This document shows, piece after piece, positions 14,501 through 19,251 of a DNA stretch of 19,251 nt. Made by a program: the position numbers and the translations under genes. Location of the stretch: positions 2,827-22,077 of the IMG/VR virus record IMGVR_UViG_3300037067_008629; one strand, 5' to 3'. Under the pieces are notes generated by a model. It saw nothing but the letters and a program-made list of their open reading frames with translations, was not told the origin of the DNA and made no database searches. Positions within the stretch are counted from its first letter, which is position 1; each line of letters opens with the position of its first letter. This DNA comes from a virus. Lineage: Duplodnaviria; Heunggongvirae; Uroviricota; Caudoviricetes.

Positions 14501-14927
14501 AAGGTTCGACCTGCTGAGATTCCTTATTCCAATACCAATTACATGGCTCACCTATGACTCCATATTTTTGATAGAGTCCTACATTAAACCACACAGGTGA
14601 ATTAAATGCACAGTATTGATGCAATAATAACCATGTTAAATCATCACAAAACTCTGTACTATTTTCAAAGTAGCCATCTTCTACGCCCCATTGTGAAATT
14701 GTATCCGCAACTCTTGAAACTAATTGCTGGATGCTTGTTTCTCGGTCTGGAGTTCCAATTGCACCGTAGAAATATTTACTGGCAGCAATATTTACCGCCA
14801 TTTGAGACCAGCTGCTAGGTGCAAGAACATTTTCTTGTCGAAAAATTACCTTATCACCCTGCTTTATTTCAGCAGTCCTCTTTTCCCAAGTAATCGGTTC
14901 GCCACTAAATTGTCGCTCGTAATTCAT
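11508..14927 (-). CDS. nrdJ: adenosylcobalamin-dependent (class II) ribonucleotide reductase with intein
   Basis: AFNSPVWFN, SACFI, GSGTG, NPC|SE, ACNLASINL and APTGTISF motifs; TSCPD-like C-terminal domain and terminal Cys cluster; SD AAGGA. Confidence 0.96.
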   Translation of the reverse strand: MNYERQFSGEPITWEKRTAEIKQGDKVIFRQENVLAPSSWSQMAVNIAASKYFYGAIGTPDRETSIQQLVSRVADTISQWGVEDGYFENSTEFCDDLTWLLLHQYCAFNSPVWFNVGLYQKYGVIGEPCNWYWNKESQQVEPCQNPFEYPQGSACFIQGVEDNMDSIMGLAQTDAMLFKFGSGTGTNLSPLRATCEGISGGGHSSGPLSFMRIYDQVAEVVTSAGRTRRAALLHCLNIDHPDIDKFISCKAEEEAHARLLIASGVTPERAAKSVMYQNMNISIQISDEFMQAVKNDTEWVTKWVTTGQNGPVFKARDLWKKIAESTWLCGDPGVQYSTTINNYNTVPHVGRINSSNPCCFTGDTEIITNEGKLTFNQLVKKRANNIKVFSYDLDTNLPVLKTIKRIWRSGYTQNLIKVTTNKGIVVTCTPEHLFYTRQGDTLEAKYLRPGHRLKKLSIKENPRRRGVLMLNHKCTKQHPNGCQYLHRFVYEQTTGTTVSNDYHVHHIDESLENYSFSNLQLKSKFLHLSGHSKGKNNPRYLNVEPEALVEFYETIEDMYGYVSAALWNKYIKLWKLSNILPTANCKSIQGQSWSELCQWVNENRDLTNDVVENVDFIHLEKRVPVYDMEVEGTHNFVVSSSGNRHGLVVHNSEFLAPNGSACNLASINLLKFLKNGQFDYDTFQKVVRILIIAQDILVDQASYPLEEIARNAHTCRQLGLGFTNLGALLMSMGLPYDSDESRQLCSKITSTLTARAYLTSAEIAKELGAFEAYDKVSMGKVLKKHAAANPQTIGTDNLWQEVLVCKSFRNSQVTLCAPTGTISFLMDCDTTGIEPELALVKTKTLVGGGTLKLVNQSVEAGLRSLGISEQLQTSILSRLETTETLIGDPYLTNSELKVFATSLGDNQIPWQAHLKMMAAAQPFLSGGISKTINMPTDSTIDDIQEAYMLGWKLGLKSMAIYRDGSKGYQPLNIKKELLPTSIRNRLPDTRESITHKFTIDGHKGYFTVGLYPDGKPGEIFISVAKEGSTLGGIFDCFGLATSIGLQYGVPLSEFIDKFTHVRFEPMGFTKNKDIKIAKSIVDYIFRWLANHFTTNIPVDVNSPSVGTLDAPICDNCGQLCVRVGSCYLCYGCGSSGGCS
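12975..13853 (-). mobile_element. intein with HNH endonuclease in NrdJ (293 aa, residues 359-651)
   Basis: Begins CFTGDT and ends VYDMEVEGTHNFVV...VVHN, followed by Ser. Block B CTPEHLF; HNH-type LHRFVYE...VHHIDE..EN....NL. Confidence 0.95.
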
Positions 14928-14936
14928 AGTTATCCT

Positions 14937-15254
14937 TTAGAAGTTTAAATTATTTTCAATTTCTATTTTATTTCGTAAGTCAATGAGTCTTTGATGCATT
15001 AGTAGCATAGCTGGATTTTCACCAGTTTGGGATTCAATTTGTCGTATCATTTCAGTCATATATGCTATTAATTGAGCATAGCGTTCTTTCCAATGTTTTA
15101 CCTCAGACTGTAATATTTCTGCACAGTTGAGGCAGCTATGAACTGGTATTATTACATGTTGCTGACAAACTGGGCAGGTTAATTCCAAGCTAGTAAAAGT
15201 TTGAAGATTAAAATCATCTGGATGCCCAGAGCTAAAAGTATGAAAACAAGGCAT
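14937..15254 (-). CDS. hypothetical protein with two CxxC motifs and a coiled-coil-like tail
   Basis: CPVC and CLNC motifs, followed by a helical heptad-like region. Confidence 0.65.
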   Translation of the reverse strand: MPCFHTFSSGHPDDFNLQTFTSLELTCPVCQQHVIIPVHSCLNCAEILQSEVKHWKERYAQLIAYMTEMIRQIESQTGENPAMLLMHQRLIDLRNKIEIENNLNF

Positions 15255-15257
15255 GAG

Positions 15258-16883
15258 TTATTCCAAATTAATTTGTAAAAGTTGATCGCCAAATACCGCA
15301 GGTAATGCTTTACCAAATTCTATTAGCACACCTTGCATTAACTGTCGAATTTGCCACTGTGCATGTTTATTCAAAGCTCTTTGAATAAAAATTGACCTCC
15401 ATTGACGTAGATTAGCTGTCATTACGATTTCAGTTTTAGTAGCATTAGGAAGACATTCACGAGCATCTTCTGGTGGAATACCTTTCTTAAGATAATATAA
15501 ATACTCCAGATAATTATCTGCACGACTAGCAAGCCACGTCCTACTTGGTCCAGTAAACCAATTATCTGGATACTTTTCTAAGAATTTATCATCCATATAA
15601 AAATTAAAGGTATTAACATCCAAAAAATGATAAGGACCACAGGGGATTCCAATCTTTGGTGGGCATATTACTTGAAAACCTTTTTTAGAGTAATTTACAA
15701 ATCTCTGTGATTCTTGGCAATTGTGGACAACAAAACCATTGGCGACAAAATTATGCCAAGGTGCTTCCATTTCAATATCATATGTCTCAGTTACTTTGTC
15801 AGGAATAATTGAGATTATGGTGTCTGAAAATACAGATTGTACGGCCTGACCGAAGTGAAATTGTTTATGACAGGGCTCGCAAAGAATACAAATATTGTCG
15901 GGCGTGTTATTTAAAGTATCTCCATCTTTATGGTGTCTAACAAGTCTCGCCTCTGTGGTGCCACAAGTAAAACATTGAATTGCCTTATATAATCTATTAG
16001 CCCGACAACGACCTGACATTGGTGTAGCATTCTCGCCCTTCCACATTGGGTTTTTAGCACCCAAATGTATTTTTGATAAATATTCAATAGCCTCAGGGGA
16101 AAACATTCCCTTTGTGCCATGTCCAGGGCGTCTATTAGGCCGCATTGAATGTGGCTTTTGTAAACCAAAATGACGTAACCATTTTCCGAGAAAAGATTCA
16201 CTCACTCCCGCTTTTTTAGCTACTTCTGCTCGGGTTAAATTTTGTCTAAGATAAAGATTTTCCAACCATTCTTTATTTTTGTAAGCCAAAAGTCCGTTAG
16301 CAATAATCTTATCTCCGGGCTTTAATTGTGAGAGTTTTTTCCACCCATTAGGCGTCAAAAATCTATGGTTAGCTGTTGCTCGAATATCTCGGCCAAATTC
16401 AGAAGTCACTTTATAGACTTGTTGCCGTCCACTATAGCTAATAGACTTTATTCCATTGGCAATTAAAACCCCCTCCGAATTCACACTTCGTAATTTAATT
16501 AGTTTTAATCGTCCTTTTCTCTTTGGATCAAGAGACATGTTATAAAGCTGTTCTAAAGTCCAACGTTTTGCATGGTGTCGTTTCGCACTAGGCATTGATA
16601 CCACAGTAGTATCTCCGGCGAGACAATATGAAGCAATTCTATGCCGAACGAGTTGATGGCTCATTGACCGTGAGCCAATAATTCGTACACTTGCTGAAAC
16701 ATGCTCTAATACACTATCATGCCCTAAATCTCGAATCATTTTAACAAACTTAGATGCTGAATCATTAGTGATTCTATCTTCACTTTTATAGGCCGTTCTA
16801 CCCGCTAACTCCAATAACTTCAAATGCTCATCATTTAGTGGAGTTAAAATCTCAATTCTCGGTGGAACTACTGTTATTAACAT
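15258..16883 (-). CDS. thyX: FAD-dependent thymidylate synthase with intein
   Basis: GH.SVLEH, the RHR-X7-S motif (RHRIASY|CQES), EDARECLP...TEIVMTANLRQWR and HAQWQIR. Confidence 0.95.
   Translation of the reverse strand: MLITVVPPRIEILTPLNDEHLKLLELAGRTAYKSEDRITNDSASKFVKMIRDLGHDSVLEHVSASVRIIGSRSMSHQLVRHRIASYCLAGDTTVVSMPSAKRHHAKRWTLEQLYNMSLDPKRKGRLKLIKLRSVNSEGVLIANGIKSISYSGRQQVYKVTSEFGRDIRATANHRFLTPNGWKKLSQLKPGDKIIANGLLAYKNKEWLENLYLRQNLTRAEVAKKAGVSESFLGKWLRHFGLQKPHSMRPNRRPGHGTKGMFSPEAIEYLSKIHLGAKNPMWKGENATPMSGRCRANRLYKAIQCFTCGTTEARLVRHHKDGDTLNNTPDNICILCEPCHKQFHFGQAVQSVFSDTIISIIPDKVTETYDIEMEAPWHNFVANGFVVHNCQESQRFVNYSKKGFQVICPPKIGIPCGPYHFLDVNTFNFYMDDKFLEKYPDNWFTGPSRTWLASRADNYLEYLYYLKKGIPPEDARECLPNATKTEIVMTANLRQWRSIFIQRALNKHAQWQIRQLMQGVLIEFGKALPAVFGDQLLQINLE
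15720..16625 (-). mobile_element. intein with HNH endonuclease in ThyX (302 aa, residues 87-388)
   Basis: Begins CLAGDT and ends TYDIEMEAPWHNFVANGFVVHN, followed by Cys. Block B ATANHRF; HTH-like LTRAEVAKKAGVSESFLGKWLR; HNH C..C...RHHKDGDTLNN..DNI..LC..CH..FH. Confidence 0.95.
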
Positions 16884-17068
16884 TATATTTCTGCCCTTAT
16901 TTTGCGTCCTGTTTGTAATATCCCACGAACCTCACGAGTAGGATCATAAGGAGCGTTATGTTCCTGCCTCTCAACTTCGGGACCTTCGATCCAAAGTTCA
17001 GATTGGCGAGTTAATTCATCAAACTCTTTCTTTGAGAGAGTTTCATATCCTGGTGTAATGTTTGCCAT
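16883..17068 (-). CDS. hypothetical protein
   Basis: 61-aa ORF with a TAATG overlap to thyX. Confidence 0.6.
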   Translation of the reverse strand: MANITPGYETLSKKEFDELTRQSELWIEGPEVERQEHNAPYDPTREVRGILQTGRKIRAEI

Positions 17069-17069
17069 T

Positions 17070-17504
17070 TTAACCCCCTAGTATTTCTGTCCCATGCCTA
17101 GAATATTGATCCAATAATTTTTTAACTACGCTTTTTTCACACGCCTCTAAAGTTGCAAAATCTTCTAATATACCAATTTCCATGGTATCATAAATCCGGT
17201 TTTTATGTCTAGCGACCACAGAGGTTTGTTTTTCAGTCTCACAATAATAGTGACTTATTTTTATATCATCGTTTGACACCTGTTTTGGGTATCGCCAAAA
17301 GGCAATATTTAACTTCCCCACCAGCATGTCGCCATCGTTAAGTAAAACGCTACATCCTCTTCCTGGTTGTCTCGGAAATCCATTTACACAGGTGTTGTGC
17401 GTCGGTACTCGTTGGGGTTTTGTTGCTAAAATTTTGATATCCGACAATATATTGTGATTTGAATCTTGGCCTAAAAATATCGTGGTATTGTATAATAGTT
17501 GCAT
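17070..17504 (-). CDS. hypothetical protein; diverged paralog of 17508..17930
   Basis: Shared blocks: YNTTIFL / YNDTILL, LVGKLNI / LVGNIWI, EDFATLEACEK / QDFQTLEECKE. Confidence 0.7.
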   Translation of the reverse strand: MQLLYNTTIFLGQDSNHNILSDIKILATKPQRVPTHNTCVNGFPRQPGRGCSVLLNDGDMLVGKLNIAFWRYPKQVSNDDIKISHYYCETEKQTSVVARHKNRIYDTMEIGILEDFATLEACEKSVVKKLLDQYSRHGTEILGG

Positions 17505-17507
17505 AAG

Positions 17508-17930
17508 CTACCTTTTAATAACGGCCACTCCAAATTCTTGAAATGAAGCTGCTAATTGATGCACAGCATTCTCTTTGCATTCTTCTAGTGTCTGAAAATC
17601 TTGTCTAATAGCTACTCCATAAATATTGTACCCATCTAAGCTTGCTTGAATACCTTGAGAACCACCCCAAGAAGTGTCTTCATAGGTAACAGTTTTAAAT
17701 AAATCCGAAAAATTAAGCTGTTGTGGCACGCGCGCCCCCTCTATCCATATATTACCAACTAAGTAGCTATCTTCATCCAAATCCATTATAAAAGTATGTT
17801 TAGCAAGAGTACCATTTATAGATGGAACAATTTTGTCAGTAGGTTCGGCATGAATAACTACTTCTGTTCGGATATCAAAACTAATATCTGGGAACAACAA
17901 AATTGTATCATTGTATATTCCTGAAATCAT
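17508..17930 (-). CDS. hypothetical protein; diverged paralog of 17070..17504
   Basis: Same shared blocks and similar length (140 vs 144 aa). Confidence 0.7.
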   Translation of the reverse strand: MISGIYNDTILLFPDISFDIRTEVVIHAEPTDKIVPSINGTLAKHTFIMDLDEDSYLVGNIWIEGARVPQQLNFSDLFKTVTYEDTSWGGSQGIQASLDGYNIYGVAIRQDFQTLEECKENAVHQLAASFQEFGVAVIKR

Positions 17931-17931
17931 A

Positions 17932-18396
17932 CTAATTATATAACCTCAATAATTTCTTGTGTAAACTTCCAGGTGACTCACGATTATCTAATGATTTAAT
18001 CCGCCCAGACTTTTCAATTACATTTCCAACATATTGTGAACAGAAAATCCCACGAGTATCATTTGACCACCAACCTCGCAGCCGATACGGCCGACCCAGC
18101 TGAGCGGTTGCATATGCTAGCATTGCTGTAATTTCACTTGTAGTATATGCAACTTTGGGTTGCATACTAAACCATGAAAAATTACGCCGCTGCCAAAAGC
18201 CCGATCTCTCTAAAGTACCTAAATGGGCCTGATAAGCAGAGAGTTCTAATTTTCTAACCTTAGGTGGTGTTGCCTCATAAACAATACCACTAAATACAAT
18301 AGCCACATGAGTTAATAAACTGCCCGTATTATTGCTAATTGGCCCCACTAACAAGCCACCCTTCCAAAAGATAACTGAACCATCACACATTATCAA
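17932..18396 (-). CDS. permuted papain-like NlpC/P60 protein (YiiX/YaeF type)
   Basis: THVAIV (His) precedes YEA...LGRPY...IFCSQYV (Cys), the circularly permuted order of this family. The start may be ATG 18390. Confidence 0.8.
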   Translation of the reverse strand: MIMCDGSVIFWKGGLLVGPISNNTGSLLTHVAIVFSGIVYEATPPKVRKLELSAYQAHLGTLERSGFWQRRNFSWFSMQPKVAYTTSEITAMLAYATAQLGRPYRLRGWWSNDTRGIFCSQYVGNVIEKSGRIKSLDNRESPGSLHKKLLRLYN

Positions 18397-18706
18397 TTAC
18401 TCTCTGTGACCATAGAAATTCTTGAATTAAGTTTTTCTCAATATCATATACCCGCAATCCAATAAAGAAACAAGGTCCAGAAGACCATGGGTCGGCTTGT
18501 AGAAATTCTTCAGCTGTACAACCATTGGTCAGAAAATGCTGATATAATGGATACTCATCATCAAACATACCGTTGTAATAAGCACACACTTCTAACTTAA
18601 CGGGATAGGTACGACCACAATGTGGACAAGGTAGGGACCTCTCTTCATGTAAATCTAAAAAATTCTGTGCCTCGACTGTCAATCCCATATATTGGTCAGA
18701 ACGCAT
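18383..18706 (-). CDS. hypothetical protein with CPHC motif
   Basis: 107-aa ORF with a TAATG overlap to the upstream gene. Confidence 0.7.
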   Translation of the reverse strand: MRSDQYMGLTVEAQNFLDLHEERSLPCPHCGRTYPVKLEVCAYYNGMFDDEYPLYQHFLTNGCTAEEFLQADPWSSGPCFFIGLRVYDIEKNLIQEFLWSQRVIDNV

Positions 18707-19059
18707 TAGATACTCCTTAAATAGGCCATATATGCTCGTTCGCAGTTATCCGAGCAAAATGATTTATTATCATAGCAGTAATCACCACATTCAGGACACA
18801 TGCCTGTTGGTTCAGGTGTACCTTCAACCCACTCAATATACACTCCATGACCTTTAGAAGGAAATTGAATGGCAGTTGGGTCAATAATCGTGCCATTACG
18901 ATCAATTAGCCACCAATGCTCGCGTTCACCCCATATTGGGCACATATAGTGGCCGCGAACTCGTTTGAGTTCAGGACAAGCTTCAGCCATGGCTAATGTA
19001 ACTTTAGCACATTTACCATAAGCGTCTTCAAAATTTTTACATATCCACTTACTATACAC
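18706..19059 (-). CDS. putative transglutaminase/papain-like Cys-His-Asp protein with C-terminal Cys cluster
   Basis: GKC...VRGHY...EHWWL...IIDPT..QF, then CPECGDYC...FCS..C. Start moved from 19221 to GTG 19059 because 19052..19213 occupies another frame. Confidence 0.55.
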   Translation of the reverse strand: MYSKWICKNFEDAYGKCAKVTLAMAEACPELKRVRGHYMCPIWGEREHWWLIDRNGTIIDPTAIQFPSKGHGVYIEWVEGTPEPTGMCPECGDYCYDNKSFCSDNCERAYMAYLRSI

Positions 19060-19213
19060 TATTCTTCCCTCGTGGGAACCAAGGCTCCTCATCATTTCCC
19101 AGCTTTTTGTTTTGTTTTTGCAACTTTTTGTTGCGTTTCTGCAACTGTCGCTGCTGATCCTTTGCGTCTTTCTTATAGCTGTAATCACTATTCTTACGCC
19201 ATGTACGTCCCAT
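19052..19213 (-). CDS. small basic Lys/Gln-rich protein (53 aa, absent from ORF track)
   Basis: MGRTWRKNSDYSYKKDAKDQQRQLQKRNKKLQKQNKKLGNDEEPWFPRGKNSV*. ATG lies 1 nt after an upstream TAA; contains an imperfect 21-bp repeat (19103-19144). Confidence 0.7.
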   Translation of the reverse strand: MGRTWRKNSDYSYKKDAKDQQRQLQKRNKKLQKQNKKLGNDEEPWFPRGKNSV

Positions 19214-19251
19214 TTTAGCAACCTATCCTCATACGTCGTTCTGCTACTGCA

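Noticed and set aside
712-14948. Plus-strand ORFs in the track (712..1140, 1581..1763, 3798..4046, 5023..5241, 6957..7160, 12134..12328, 14606..14818, 14724..14948)
   Set aside because: All lie antisense to well-supported minus-strand genes, have no recognisable motifs, and conflict with the uniform orientation of the window.
809-18905. Nested alternative-frame minus-strand ORFs (809..991, 3855..4064, 13808..14002, 14294..14551, 15911..16201, 18717..18905)
   Set aside because: They are contained within better-supported genes and show no motifs or clear translation signals.
19060-19221. N-terminal 54 residues of ORF 18706..19221 as part of that protein
   Set aside because: The region is better explained by the 53-aa gene 19052..19213 in another frame, followed by a GTG start at 19059 with an SD-like GAGG.
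19215-19251. Partial upstream CDS ending AVAERRMRIGC* at the window edge
   Set aside because: Too short to assign or confirm within this window.

Overview
This window is a densely packed, single-orientation (all minus strand), AT-rich segment of a bacteriophage genome, judged from the many short ORFs with ATGA/TAATG overlaps, a tRNA gene and auxiliary nucleotide-metabolism genes. It carries class II ribonucleotide reductase NrdJ and ThyX, each interrupted by an HNH-containing intein. It also has a NUDIX hydrolase, a pyrimidine-dimer-glycosylase-like protein, a HAD-like protein, peptide deformylase, tRNA-Tyr(GUA) butted against a PD-(D/E)XK endonuclease, and several protease-fold or extracytoplasmic proteins (trypsin-like, M28, CAP, permuted NlpC/P60, transglutaminase-like). 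The NrdJ sequence looks Planctomycetota-like from memory, which is an unverified host hint. The most striking unexplained structure has three parts. (1) A family of five related sigma70-type promoters, each written into the last codons of the upstream gene and placing an ATG 34-35 nt after the first T of TTGACA, which suggests leaderless mRNAs. (2) Two of these promoters form an identical 43-bp direct repeat (8332-8374 and 9641-9683) that includes the first three codons of def and brackets a 1,309-bp potentially excisable unit. (3) That unit encodes a 377-aa protein made of seven ~50-aa HTH-like repeats with a variable putative recognition helix and no visible catalytic domain. Two genes also show -1 frame continuations, and several sub-60-aa genes missing from the ORF track were recovered. 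All family assignments come from motif recognition; no database searches were run.
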